DNA from: an uncultured Nanoarchaeota archaeon
GTDB taxonomy: Archaea > Nanobdellota > Nanobdellia > Pacearchaeales > GW2011-AR1
DNA: 64,000 bases
NCBI GenBank assembly: GCA_963779925.1
Contig: CAVZZS010000010.1
Coordinates: 612-64,611, forward strand
Reading direction: 5' to 3'
This document shows positions 25,669 through 38,015 of this stretch, piece by piece. A program made the position numbers and the translations under genes. The notes under the pieces were generated by a model, which searched no databases, was not told where the DNA came from, and worked only from the letters and a program-made list of their open reading frames with translations. How positions within the stretch are numbered: the stretch's first letter is position 1; each line of letters starts with the position of its first letter.

Positions 25669-26715
25669 ATGGATTATAGAAGAGCCGAGATTTTAAGCGG
25701 AGGAGCAGGAAAAGGTTTCTGTTATACTGGATATATAAAAGCAAAAGAAGATTTGGGAATAACTGATAGCGATCTTGGAGAAAAAAGTTTAAAATTTGCG
25801 GCTTCAATTGGGTCATATTATGCAGCAGGTCTTTCTTTAGGTGTAAAGGCAGGCGAAATAGAGAGATTTACAGAAAATAATAAAAAATTAATGGGCAATC
25901 TGTTCAAGCCCAGGCTTGACAGGATTATGTCTGCATTGGCAGGCTTAGGAAATCTCGGTAATCCTCGTTCTATAGAAAACTGCAATGGCGATGATCCCGA
26001 TTCTCTTCCTGATACGGGGTTATGTGATATAAGAAATCTTGAAAGGATCGCAAGGGTATTTACTGGCGATAAAAAGCTAAAAGATGTGAAAGACTTGAAT
26101 ATTATAGTAACAGACAGGCAGACATTCAAGCCAATTGTGATGAATTATAAGACATTTCCAGATGTTTATGTCTATGAAGCAATCATGGCTAGTTCCGCTT
26201 TTCTTCCAGCTTTCTCTCCAGTAATTATAAAAAATGAAGGGTTAAAAACAATCGTAATGGATGGCGGATTATCAAATAATGTCCCGTTGGATTTGGCATT
26301 ATTAGAAGAATCAGTCAGAGAAATTGTTTGTGTTGATTTATCATATGCCTCGGCTGTTAGAAAGATTCCTGTAACTGGAAATTTTATCTGGGACTATTCT
26401 CTTGAATCATTTTCTGCAGGGGCTCAAAAAACTAGAGGAATATTCGAGGCTCAGAAATTAGATTACGATAAAATCGCAAAAGATAGGATAGTTGAAATGG
26501 AATGTAACGGCAAAAAACAAGTATTATATCTAACCCCAAACATTCATTATACTAGATCATTCAGATCTGATACCGATAATGTAAGAGAGTTATCTGAAAA
26601 AGGATATGAAGAATTCAGAGAAGCATTAAAGGAATTTGAAGAATATAAAAAAGGGAATAAGCCCGCCTTTGGAACATATTCTTGTAGTGACTCTGATTCT
26701 AAAGTTTCTATTTAG
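25669..26715 (+). CDS. patatin-like phospholipase
   Basis: GGAGKG oxyanion motif, AASIGS (GxSxG variant) and MDGGLSNNVPL (catalytic DGG). Confidence 0.7.
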   Translation: MDYRRAEILSGGAGKGFCYTGYIKAKEDLGITDSDLGEKSLKFAASIGSYYAAGLSLGVKAGEIERFTENNKKLMGNLFKPRLDRIMSALAGLGNLGNPRSIENCNGDDPDSLPDTGLCDIRNLERIARVFTGDKKLKDVKDLNIIVTDRQTFKPIVMNYKTFPDVYVYEAIMASSAFLPAFSPVIIKNEGLKTIVMDGGLSNNVPLDLALLEESVREIVCVDLSYASAVRKIPVTGNFIWDYSLESFSAGAQKTRGIFEAQKLDYDKIAKDRIVEMECNGKKQVLYLTPNIHYTRSFRSDTDNVRELSEKGYEEFREALKEFEEYKKGNKPAFGTYSCSDSDSKVSI

Positions 26716-27898
26716 TAACGACTTCGCCCCAGCCGATAAGTCTCCAATGTCCATTCAGATTTCTTGCAATTCCAAGGTTATCTCCTTTTAATGCAATTAC
26801 CGGAATGTTCAGAGATAATTCTATTTCATCTCCCTTTATTTTTTCCACTATGCCGACAGTTATGGTAGTATTAATGCTCAGCATAAGCATTTCTTTTGTC
26901 TTTATAGGGTCTATAGCCTGATTTTCCGCAACTCCAAGAACTTCCTTGAACAAGGAATAATTAATTTTTAGATGATGAGTTATGTCAGGAAGAATTCCAA
27001 TCTTAGAAACAAGGCATCCTGTTAAAGAATCTGCTTTTGTAAGGGAAGGATCAAGGCTTGTTTCAATTGCAAGACTAACTCCGGGACCTGCTTCCTTTAC
27101 GGGTTCATCGCCTTTGTGCAAAGATAAAATCTTTGTGGTCAATGTTTGGTATGTTTTCTGGTTTGCTTTTTTCATGCTCAATCCAGGCTTGATTTCAATT
27201 TCATCGCCGACCTTTAATTCACCTTTTTTCAGGATTCCGCCTAAAACTCCGCCCTTCATATTTTTGATTTCTATTCCTGGCCTGTTGACATCAAAGCTTC
27301 TTGCGACAAGAAAAATTGGATCTGATTTCAAATCTCTTTCGGGAACTTCAAGTTTGCAGATTTCTTCAAGAAGCTTGTCAATGTTTATTTCCTGCTGAGC
27401 CGATACAGGAATTATCGGAGCATTTTCAACCGGTGTTCCTTTCAGGAAATTTTTAATCTCTCTGTAATTTTCCAGCACTTTTTCTCTGCTGATTAAGTCA
27501 ATCTTATTCTGGACAACAATTAAATTCTTTATCTTTTTGGCAAGCAAAACCATGAAGTGCTCTCGTGTCTGCGGCTTTATTCCCTCATTAGCCGCGATTA
27601 CAAGAATTGCAGCATCAATGATTGCCGCACCAGAAAGCATAGTTGCCATAAGCATTTCATGGCCGGGCGCGTCAATAAAGCTCACATATCTTACCGGTTT
27701 CCCTTTCTTTTGGGTGTTATAATTATCTCCGTCCTTGTAAATTACAGCATCTGCATATCCTAGCTTTATTGTAATTCCCCTCTTTAGTTCTTCAGAATGT
27801 GTATCGGTTACTTTTCCAGTGAGTTTTCTAAGAAGAGTGGTCTTACCATGATCAATGTGACCTACAACTCCAATATTTAAAGAAGATATATTTTCCAT
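26708..27898 (-). CDS. eif2g: translation initiation factor aIF2 gamma subunit
   Basis: NIGVVGHIDHGKTTL, SEELKRGITIKLGYA, DAPGHE, QNKIDL. Confidence 0.95.
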   Translation of the reverse strand: MENISSLNIGVVGHIDHGKTTLLRKLTGKVTDTHSEELKRGITIKLGYADAVIYKDGDNYNTQKKGKPVRYVSFIDAPGHEMLMATMLSGAAIIDAAILVIAANEGIKPQTREHFMVLLAKKIKNLIVVQNKIDLISREKVLENYREIKNFLKGTPVENAPIIPVSAQQEINIDKLLEEICKLEVPERDLKSDPIFLVARSFDVNRPGIEIKNMKGGVLGGILKKGELKVGDEIEIKPGLSMKKANQKTYQTLTTKILSLHKGDEPVKEAGPGVSLAIETSLDPSLTKADSLTGCLVSKIGILPDITHHLKINYSLFKEVLGVAENQAIDPIKTKEMLMLSINTTITVGIVEKIKGDEIELSLNIPVIALKGDNLGIARNLNGHWRLIGWGEVVTK

Positions 27899-27940
27899 AA
27901 AAGTTTAACAAAAAGTGCATTAAAAAAAGTTTGGGTCTAT

Positions 27941-28399
27941 CTAAGCAGCTGCCTTTTCTTCAACAGCTTCCTTTTTTTCAGCTTTATTCTGTTCAGGGAA
28001 AAGTTCAGAAAGTTTCTTGTGTCCTTCCTTCAAAACTTTCAAATTAATCTGAACAGTCGCAGAAGAAATTGTTTTACCCCTTACGGTCTTTCTCAATCTC
28101 AAACCTTTTGGCCTGTTTTTTGAACGCAATCTTTTCCCTTCTTTCTTTGGTCTCTTTTTCATTCCTTTTCCAAAGCCCAAAAGAACCTTCTTTAATCCAA
28201 CGCCTTCAACATCTTCCATTGAAGGAAATCCTGCAATATCGCTTGCGCCGGTTATTTCAAATTCATAACCGCCCAATTCGGGAGAAATCTCAGTTCCTTC
28301 TACTTTATCATGAAGTGACTTTCCAGCTAAATCTTCCTTGTCTGATTCTATCTTGAACGTTCTTCCGTTCTTTTCAGACATGTTTATTTTGAATACCAT
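27941..28399 (-). CDS. rps6e: 30S ribosomal protein S6e
   Basis: FKINMSEKNGRTFKIE ... GYEFEITGASDIAGFP ... RLRKTVRG. Confidence 0.9.
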   Translation of the reverse strand: MVFKINMSEKNGRTFKIESDKEDLAGKSLHDKVEGTEISPELGGYEFEITGASDIAGFPSMEDVEGVGLKKVLLGFGKGMKKRPKKEGKRLRSKNRPKGLRLRKTVRGKTISSATVQINLKVLKEGHKKLSELFPEQNKAEKKEAVEEKAAA

Positions 28400-28485
28400 A
28401 ATTATGATATCAAAAATCGGTTTTTAAAACTTTTCGGGCGGGAAAATATAGAAAATTTGATAAATAACAGGGGACTTTTTGCCCG

Positions 28486-29295
28486 ATGAAAGTCTTTTCT
28501 CATTCCAGATTAAGCACTTTTGAGCAGTGCAATCTAAAATACAAATTCAGGTACATAGACAATATTATCCCTGAAATTGAAAAAACGATTGAAGCGCATC
28601 TTGGGAGCATCGTGCACCAGACTTTGGAATGGCTTTATTCGGAAGTGAAGGAAAAAAGGATTCCAACAATTGATGATATGATTGTTTATTTTTCAAAAAG
28701 TTGGATGGAAGAAAATAAAGAAACTTTGATGCAGAATAATAATGATGAGCAGAAGTATTTCAATAAAGGAGTAAAATATTTGCTCGATTATTACAATAGA
28801 TACAAGCCTTTTGAGGACAATACAATTTATGTTGAAAAGGAAATTTCAATAGATTTGGATGAAAAAGGCGAATTCAAAATAAGGGGTTTCATTGATCGGC
28901 TTGCATATAATCTTGCTACAAAAGAATATGAAATTCATGATTACAAAACTTCCAATACAATGCCGCAGGGAGATAAAATCGAAAAGGACAGGCAGCTGGC
29001 GCTTTATTCCATCGCGATAAAAGAGATGTTTGGGCAAGATAAAGAGGTAAGATTAATCTGGCATTATCTTTTCTTCAACAAAAGGATAGAATCGAAGAGG
29101 ACTGATGAACAGCTTCTCCAATTAAAAAAAGATACACTTGAGCTAATAAGGATAATAGAATCAACGACAGAATTTTCTCCTAACAAATCGCATTTATGCA
29201 ATTGGTGCGCATACAAGCCTATCTGTCCTGCATGGAATAATGTAAAAGAATACATGCCAAAATTTGAGAAGCAGAAAAAGCTTGGGGATTTTTAA
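28486..29295 (+). CDS. PD-(D/E)xK nuclease of the RecB/Cas4 type with a four-Cys cluster
   Basis: N-terminal Cys (EQCNLKYKF), FIDRL, EIHDYKT, QLALY, and C-terminal CNWCAYKPIC. Confidence 0.75.
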   Translation: MKVFSHSRLSTFEQCNLKYKFRYIDNIIPEIEKTIEAHLGSIVHQTLEWLYSEVKEKRIPTIDDMIVYFSKSWMEENKETLMQNNNDEQKYFNKGVKYLLDYYNRYKPFEDNTIYVEKEISIDLDEKGEFKIRGFIDRLAYNLATKEYEIHDYKTSNTMPQGDKIEKDRQLALYSIAIKEMFGQDKEVRLIWHYLFFNKRIESKRTDEQLLQLKKDTLELIRIIESTTEFSPNKSHLCNWCAYKPICPAWNNVKEYMPKFEKQKKLGDF

Positions 29296-31839
29296 TTTGC
29301 AACTTCCAATCCAAGTTCATGGACCTTAACCAAATCAGTCACAGTATCGCCTTCTTGAAGCTTTACAATTCTTACGCCTTGTGTCGCTCTTCCCATTACC
29401 CTGATATTCTGCAAGGTAGTTCGTATCACCATTCCTTTTGCAGTGGTTATAATGATATTGTCATTTCCGTTGATGGAAACAGTCGTAACTACCTCTCCAG
29501 TTTTGTCGGAGATTTTCAAATTGATTACTCCTTTTCCGCCTCTTGCGGTTTTTCTGTAATCTTCAACATTTGTTCTTTTTCCGTATCCATTATGTGTTAT
29601 TGTCAAGACTTCCTTTGTCCTTAATATTTCCAAACTGACTACTTCATCATTCTTTTCCATCCTTATTCCGGTAACGCCATAGCTTGCTCTTCCCATTGAA
29701 CGGACATCATTGCTGTTGAACCTGATTGCCTGTCCTTTCTTTGTCGCAAGCAGCACTTCTTCTCCGGATTTGATGATTTGGGCATCAATAAGCACATCAG
29801 AATTATCCAATGGAAGATTAATCGCCCTTATTCCTGAAGCTCTTGGCTTTGAGAAGTTGGACAAGGACATTTTCTTTACAAATCCTTTTCTTGTTACCAA
29901 AAATAAAGAATCGTTAAAATCACTCATTGCGATGATGTTGGTAATTTTCTCGTCCTTGACTTCAATCAGATTAATGAGTGCTTTGCCTTTGCTGTACCTG
30001 TCTGCTTCGGGGATTTCGTATGCTTTCAGGAATAAAACTCTGCCATTCGATGTGAAGAACATCAGATAATCATGAGTGGAGCAGCTTATTATCTGTTTGA
30101 CAAAATCACCTGTAGCCAAATTATTGCCTATGACCCCTTTTCCGCCTCTTCTCTGTTCTTTGTAGGTTCCGATGTCAATTCTCTTGCAGTATCCTTTTTC
30201 TGTAACAGTCACTATAACTTCTTTTTTCTGGACAAGATCCTTTTCGGCAATTTCGCCGATTCTCTTGACAACCTGGGTTTTTCTATCATCGCCATATTTT
30301 TCTTTAAGAGATTTTACGTCCTTGACAATTATCTTAAGAACCTCTTTAATATCCCCAAGGATTTTTTCATATTCCACAATTTTCAATTTCAGGGTTTCAT
30401 GCTCTTCTTTCAACTTATCCTGTTCAAGCGCAGTTAACTGCCTTAATCTTGTTTCAAGAATTGCCTCTGCCTGTCTTTTCGTGAAATTGAATTTCTTGAT
30501 TAAATTTTCAGCGGCTTCTTCTCTGGATTTCTTGATTATGCTTATAATTTCATCCAGATTTTTCAAAGCGACCAAAAGCCCTTCGACAATTTCGAGCCTT
30601 TCTTTTGCTTTCTTTAAATCATAGGCTGTTCTTTTTGTTATAATCTGTTTTCTGTAATTTACAAATTCTTCAAGTATGTGCTTCAAATTCAGGACTCTTG
30701 GCTGCGTTCCGACCAAAGCCAGGAAATTTGCGTTAAAAGAATCCTGCAATCGCGTATATTTGTAAAGGCTATTGCTGATATATTTTGAATTAACTCCTTT
30801 TTTAAGTTCAATGACAATTCTTATTTTTCCCTTGGAAGATTCATCCCTTAAATCAGATACTCCGATTAATTTCTTGTTCTGTATGAGATTAGCAATCTGT
30901 TCTACTAGCGTGGATTTGTTTAGCATATAGGGAATTTCCGTAATGACAATTTTCTCCTTGCCCTTTGATTCTTCGGTTGTTATTTTCCCGCGCAAAATTA
31001 ATCTGCCTTTTCCTGTTCTGTATAAATCTACAATGTCGCCGGAAAGACTTCCTCCGGTCGGGAAATCAGGTCCTGTAACAATCTGGCATAATTCTTCAAT
31101 AGTGATATTTTCATTCTTTACATATTCAACAATTGCATCGCAAATTTCAGTAAGATTATGCGGAGGGATATTTGTGGCCATGCCGACCGCTATTCCAGAT
31201 GCGCCATTGATCATTAAATTAGGAAGTTTGGATGGAAGCAATTCAGGCTCTTTTAAGGAATTGTCAAAATTAGGAATAAATTTAACGGTCTCCTTGTCAA
31301 TATCCTCGATCATTTCATTTGAAATCTGAGCCATTTTTGCTTCGGTGTAACGCATTGCAGCAGCGCGGATCTCCGTCAATGCTTCCAAAGTTACCCTGGC
31401 CAAAAACCAGAGGATAACGCAATGAGAATTTCTGGGCCATTCTTACTAATGCATCATAAACAGCCACATCGCCATGAGGATGATATTTACCAAGAACATC
31501 TCCGACAATTCTTGCGCATTTTTTAGTCTGCTTGTTGGATTGCAGCCCAAGTAAATTCATAGAATATAAAATTCTTCGCTGAACGGGTTTCAATCCATCT
31601 TCGACTGATGGCAAAGCTCTTGCAACAATAACCGACATGGCATAATCAAGGTAGGACTTTTTGACTTCTTCAGAAATTTCAGTATTGATTATGTTTTTGC
31701 TTCCGGAAAGTTTGCCTTGGGAATCCTTTTCTTCTTCGCCTTCATCTTCTTCAACAGATTCTTCATCTTCAAGGCTTTCTTCTATTTCTTCCTGTTCTTC
31801 ATCAGGATTCTCTTCTGTAAAATCTTCATCGTCTGCCAT
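29292..31839 (-). CDS. gyrA: DNA gyrase subunit A, split into two overlapping ORFs by a +1 frame disruption
   Basis: 174 aa ORF (31315..31839): [15 protein letters not shown] ... [10 protein letters not shown]. 703 aa ORF (29292..31403): [15 protein letters not shown] onward, with six beta-pinwheel repeats. Skipping one nt within 31358..31368 gives [12 protein letters not shown]. Confidence 0.9.
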
Positions 31840-32135
31840 TAGATTACCTCCGCTCCTTGTTCATCCAAATATTTCATGAACTGTTCTTCACTTAATTCGT
31901 CTTCTTTGATATTAGTTCCTTTCCATCCGCATTTTTTGCATTCCCATTCTCCCTTGTTCTTCCCTTCTTCTTCGCCTAAAACAACCCCCACTTCATCGCT
32001 TCCGCATTTAGGGCATCTTCTTAATCTGAAGGTCTTTTCTGCTTTCTTCTTTTTTGCAACTCCGTGAGATTTTTCCCAATCTGACTTTGAGTCAAATCCT
32101 TCCCTTATCCAATCTGGCGTCGCAAGCTTTCCCAT
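31839..32135 (-). CDS. zinc-ribbon protein
   Basis: CPKCGS ... CKKCGW. Its stop overlaps the gyrA ATG by 1 nt. Confidence 0.6.
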   Translation of the reverse strand: MGKLATPDWIREGFDSKSDWEKSHGVAKKKKAEKTFRLRRCPKCGSDEVGVVLGEEEGKNKGEWECKKCGWKGTNIKEDELSEEQFMKYLDEQGAEVI

Positions 32136-32519
32136 TTAATTTAAGCTCCCTAAAAATTTTTTAATTGCGTGGGAGCAAGGGGGGATTATTTTTAATCCGC
32201 CGATTTCTTCTTTTGAAAAGAAAGCAACACCTGCCCCTTCTCCTATTGATATTTTGTCAATATTGTTAAGCTTAGACAAAAAGATATGATAATTTATGCC
32301 GTCTTTTTCACTGTAAACAAAATCAAATAAGGATTTTATAGGTATTTCAAAACCAATTTCTTCTTTAAGTTCCCTTTCCATTTCATCTTTCATGTTATCA
32401 GATTCAGCTCTTCCTCCGAATAAGCTCCACATGCCTGGAAATTTTTTGTAATCAAGAGTCTTCTTCTGGAGTAAAATCTCTCCATTATCGTTTAATATGA
32501 TTCCCAATACCGCATCCAT
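32136..32519 (-). CDS. NUDIX hydrolase
   Basis: Nudix box GGRAESDNMKDEMERELKEEIGFE. The internal ATG at 32519 lies 1 nt after the gyrB stop and is preferred over the track start at 32582. Confidence 0.8.
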   Translation of the reverse strand: MDAVLGIILNDNGEILLQKKTLDYKKFPGMWSLFGGRAESDNMKDEMERELKEEIGFEIPIKSLFDFVYSEKDGINYHIFLSKLNNIDKISIGEGAGVAFFSKEEIGGLKIIPPCSHAIKKFLGSLN

Positions 32520-32520
32520 G

Positions 32521-34464
<1,944 letters not shown>

Positions 34465-34534
34465 TTATGATGAAAAAAGACAGAAATAGTTTATAAAGAT
34501 TTCTACAAGAAAAATACAATTTATCGTCGGTAAA

Positions 34535-34729
34535 TTATTGTTTTGCCTTTACTGATTTTGCCTTAGGATTAGTATCTGATTTTAATATCCATCTGACCTT
34601 TCTTTTGCCCATTTTCATGTTTTTTCTGCACTTTGAAGAGCAAAGATACTTGACATTTCCGTCAGTCTTGACTATTGTAAGGCCCCTTGGAAATTCATAC
34701 TGTTTACCGCAATAAGAGCATTTAGGCAT
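34535..34729 (-). CDS. rpl24e: 50S ribosomal protein L24e
   Basis: CSYCGKQYEFPRGLTIVKTDGNVKYLCSSKC. Confidence 0.9.
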   Translation of the reverse strand: MPKCSYCGKQYEFPRGLTIVKTDGNVKYLCSSKCRKNMKMGKRKVRWILKSDTNPKAKSVKAKQ

Positions 34730-35043
34730 TAGCTGTAAACTCCTTTTGTGACTTTTGATTTAATTCTTCTTGCTTCAATTTCTGTCTCTCTGAGCATTAA
34801 AAAATCGCCGATTCTTACAGGTCCTTTGACATTCCTTCTTAAGGACCTTCCCGCATCTCTTCCTTGTTCTACCTTGCATCTTACTTGGGTTATTTCTCCC
34901 CTGAATCCTGTTCTTCCAACAATTTCTTCAACAATAGCAGGAACAGCTTCGCCTACAATCTTCTCGCTTCCCTTAGAACCGCCTTGTTTCTTTTCCTGTT
35001 GCGTTTTTTGTTGTTGCTGTTTTGTTTGCTGTTGTTTTGCCAT
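34729..35043 (-). CDS. rps28e: 30S ribosomal protein S28e with a Q/K-rich N-terminal extension
   Basis: [16 protein letters not shown] ... [24 protein letters not shown]. Confidence 0.9.
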   Translation of the reverse strand: MAKQQQTKQQQQKTQQEKKQGGSKGSEKIVGEAVPAIVEEIVGRTGFRGEITQVRCKVEQGRDAGRSLRRNVKGPVRIGDFLMLRETEIEARRIKSKVTKGVYS

Positions 35044-35053
35044 GTGAATATGA

Positions 35054-35347
35054 TTACTTTAGTTTAGAAATATCAACTTTACCAGCATCAATTATTGCAA
35101 CAGAAGATGTAGCGACTGGCAAACCTGCAGCAATGCCTAATTTTTTCTTGTTATCTACTTCTACACAATGAATTCCTTTTTCTTTGCATAAAAGAGGAAG
35201 ATGATGAACAATTTCTTTTGGTTCTACGTCAGCAGCATAAATTACTAATTTGGCGGTACCCCTTTCTATTGCTTTAGTCACTTCATTTGTGCCTTTCTCA
35301 ATTTTTCCTTCCTTTCTTACTTTTTCAATGATTTCGTATGCGTCCAT
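35054..35347 (-). CDS. rpl7ae: 50S ribosomal protein L7Ae
   Basis: [25 protein letters not shown] ... [10 protein letters not shown]. Canonical L7Ae-S28e-L24e gene order. Confidence 0.9.
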   Translation of the reverse strand: MDAYEIIEKVRKEGKIEKGTNEVTKAIERGTAKLVIYAADVEPKEIVHHLPLLCKEKGIHCVEVDNKKKLGIAAGLPVATSSVAIIDAGKVDISKLK

Positions 35348-35450
35348 GTTATGTAATGAGGAATAGTATCCTCCCTATTTAGTCATCGGATAAAATATGG
35401 TGAAAAATTTAGTTTATAAAATTTGCTATCGACCATTTTTTTATATAGAA

Positions 35451-36557
35451 TTAAGGACTAGTAATATTTACGTAAAACTGAGCATATGCAGTATTGCCTG
35501 CATTATCGGTAGCTGAACAACTTACTTGGGTTGTTCCTATCGTAAAATTAAATCCTGAAATAGGATTGCATGTCACTGTATCTGTGCCGTCAACAATATC
35601 TGTTGCAGTCGGTAGGGTGTAAGTAATTGTAGCTCCAGATACAGAAGTATTCCCTTGTGCTATATTGGATGGAACATTTGATATTACAGGGGGAGTTGTA
35701 TCTTGAACGATTATGTTAAATGTAGAGGTTCCGGTAAGTCCCAAAGAATCTGTAGAAGAACAAGTTACTTTTGTTGATCCTAAGGGAAATAGCGACCCGG
35801 CAGTTGGACTACAAGTTACTATATCCGAACCATCAACATAGTCTGTTACAGCAGGTATTGCATAATTAACTGTATTCCCAGATGATGATGTAGCTTCCTG
35901 TTTTATATCTGAAGTAGAAGAAATTACGGGAGGAATTGTATCCTTAACTATTACATTAAATGTAATATGTGCTGTATTACTTGCATTATCCGTGGCTGTA
36001 CATCTTACTTGTGTTGTTCCTATTGAAAAAGTAGAGCCGGAAGGAGGATTACAGCTTACTGCATCAATGCTGCCATTGCTGTAGTCTACTGCAACCGGTG
36101 TGAATGTTACAACGGTTCCGATTGAACTTGTAGAATCCACTGTTTGACTAGACACTGGAGAGAATATAGGATCATTAACAGTTACTTCTTGACCGGCTGT
36201 TGCATTAAGTCCGGCAGCGTTTATAGCAGTCCATATAACTGTTGTTGTTCCTGTAGGAAAACCCCCGGCAGGGGCATTATTTGTGACAGTGGGAGAGATA
36301 CCTGAAGGATCAGTTGCATTTGGAGTGCCGAGAGAGGAAATTGTTGTCAATGTTCCTGTAGCATTTATTGTAATGTCTGGAGGTGGAAGTATGCTGGGAG
36401 GAAGTCCTGCTTTAGATAAACTCTGATTTATGATTGTTGAATTATTTGCAGTTTTCGAATTAGATGATACTGCTCTTGTTATAAAAAAAGCCAATAAACC
36501 CAAGACAATTAATATGCCGACTACAAAAACAATCCTAATTTTCCCTCTTTTAGCCAT
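35451..36557 (-). CDS. membrane-anchored surface protein with about four HYR (hyalin-repeat) domains
   Basis: N-terminal TM anchor. Repeated unit DT.PPVIS ... G..V.Y..P.ATD.VDG ... V.C.P..GS.F..G.T.V.C.ATD..GN. Confidence 0.75.
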   Translation of the reverse strand: MAKRGKIRIVFVVGILIVLGLLAFFITRAVSSNSKTANNSTIINQSLSKAGLPPSILPPPDITINATGTLTTISSLGTPNATDPSGISPTVTNNAPAGGFPTGTTTVIWTAINAAGLNATAGQEVTVNDPIFSPVSSQTVDSTSSIGTVVTFTPVAVDYSNGSIDAVSCNPPSGSTFSIGTTQVRCTATDNASNTAHITFNVIVKDTIPPVISSTSDIKQEATSSSGNTVNYAIPAVTDYVDGSDIVTCSPTAGSLFPLGSTKVTCSSTDSLGLTGTSTFNIIVQDTTPPVISNVPSNIAQGNTSVSGATITYTLPTATDIVDGTDTVTCNPISGFNFTIGTTQVSCSATDNAGNTAYAQFYVNITSP

Positions 36558-36624
36558 GATAACTACCGAATAGAAATATCTTTTAAAGTTTTGTGGATTA
36601 AATGTCCTTTATGCAATTTTTCGC

Positions 36625-36894
36625 TCAAAAAGGCCAGTTATTGGGCAGGTCTCCATCTAAGTACCATCTGCCGTCAAATAGGACCATCTTATACATTTGA
36701 TTAGAGATAGCATCTCGACAATAGCCAAAGTCGCTTGATTGGTTTATAACCTCCAAACCCCGCCATTTGCAGTACCCGTCAAAGGTTGAATGGGCATTGT
36801 AAGTCGTAATTACTTGATAAATCATAAAACCTATTATAGCAAAAAACAATAAAACAGAAATTGCTAAAGAAATAATAAGAATTTTCTTTTTCAT
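36625..36894 (-). CDS. small membrane-anchored protein
   Basis: 89 aa with an N-terminal TM and a Cys- and Trp-containing ectodomain. Confidence 0.45.
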   Translation of the reverse strand: MKKKILIISLAISVLLFFAIIGFMIYQVITTYNAHSTFDGYCKWRGLEVINQSSDFGYCRDAISNQMYKMVLFDGRWYLDGDLPNNWPF

Positions 36895-36940
36895 ATTCTA
36901 AAAATAAAACCGAATTATATAAGGGTTATGAATAAAGATT

Positions 36941-37939
36941 CTATTTTCTCCAAGTCACTTCAACATCATCTGTTCTTTGCTTTGGCTTTATGTCTAATTT
37001 ATCAAGATCTCTATAGGAAACTTTTATTCCAGATTTGAAAAGAATCTCCCCGGCGAATGCGATCATCGCCCCGTTGTCAACAAGCAGAGAATTATCCGGG
37101 ACAAATAGTTCGGTTTTTTTCAATCTTTCCCCACACATTTTTTTTGACATGTCTTTCAATCTCGAATTGCATGCAACACCGCCGGCCAGTAAAAGTTCTC
37201 TCTTATCTGTATAGGCCAAAGCTCTCTCGGCAACTTCAACCAGCATTGCAAAAACAGTCTCTTGCATAGAATAGGCCAAATCTTCGGGGGAATATTTCTT
37301 AGATTCCACTTTTTGCTTTAGATTTGTCAAAATTCCTGAAAGCGCAATATCCATACCCTTGACTGTGTAAGGCAGTTCAATATAATTCTTGCCCTGTTCG
37401 GCAAGCTTCTGTACTTTTGGGCCGCCAGGAAATCCAATCCCTAAAAATCTCGCAAAATTGTCGATAAAATTCCCGACACCAATATCTAAAGTCTCTCCGA
37501 AAATTCTGTATTTTCCAGAAGCATATGCTATGACCTGAGTATTCGCGCCTGAAGTGTAAAGCATTACAGGATCTTTTGAGCCGGTGATTTTTCCGACTTC
37601 AAGATGCGCAATGCAGTGATTGACTGGAACAATTGGCTTTCTTAATTTCAGCGACAGCGATTTAGTGAACCTTATTCCTTCCATTAGGCAGGGAGACAAA
37701 CCGGGGCCTTGAGAAAATGCAACCACATCAATATCTTTTTCCTCAATTTCAGCGTCATTCAGCGCTTTCTCATAGATTTCTTTCCCTTTTTCTTTGTGGT
37801 GCTTAGCAGCATCAACAGGGATTATTCCGCCTTTCTCCGTGGTATAAGTATCCTTGACATTTGCAAGAATTTTTCCGTCCCTGACAATCCCTATACCGAA
37901 TGTATGCGCTGTAGATTCAATCCCCAAAACAATAGTCAT
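36941..37939 (-). CDS. kae1: tRNA N6-adenosine threonylcarbamoyltransferase Kae1
   Basis: LGIESTAHTFGIG, HCIAHLE, GGVACN. The ATG at 37939 is preferred. There is no fused Bud32 domain. Confidence 0.92.
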   Translation of the reverse strand: MTIVLGIESTAHTFGIGIVRDGKILANVKDTYTTEKGGIIPVDAAKHHKEKGKEIYEKALNDAEIEEKDIDVVAFSQGPGLSPCLMEGIRFTKSLSLKLRKPIVPVNHCIAHLEVGKITGSKDPVMLYTSGANTQVIAYASGKYRIFGETLDIGVGNFIDNFARFLGIGFPGGPKVQKLAEQGKNYIELPYTVKGMDIALSGILTNLKQKVESKKYSPEDLAYSMQETVFAMLVEVAERALAYTDKRELLLAGGVACNSRLKDMSKKMCGERLKKTELFVPDNSLLVDNGAMIAFAGEILFKSGIKVSYRDLDKLDIKPKQRTDDVEVTWRK

Positions 37940-38015
37940 AAATGCTAGAGATAAATCGCATTTATAAAATTTATAAAACAAGATTAAAATAAAAAAAATT
38001 AATTAAAAGCTGGCT

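Noticed and set aside
35348-35400. Possible L7Ae autoregulatory K-turn or structured 5' leader upstream of rpl7ae. There is a hairpin GAGGA-uacuau-UCCUC at 35358..35373 and a CGAUGA box-C-like element.
   Set aside because: The stem is only 5 bp. I could not place the tandem sheared G.A pairs or the 3-nt bulge required for a K-turn. The GGAGG within it is too far (more than 20 nt) from the ATG to be a sequestered RBS.
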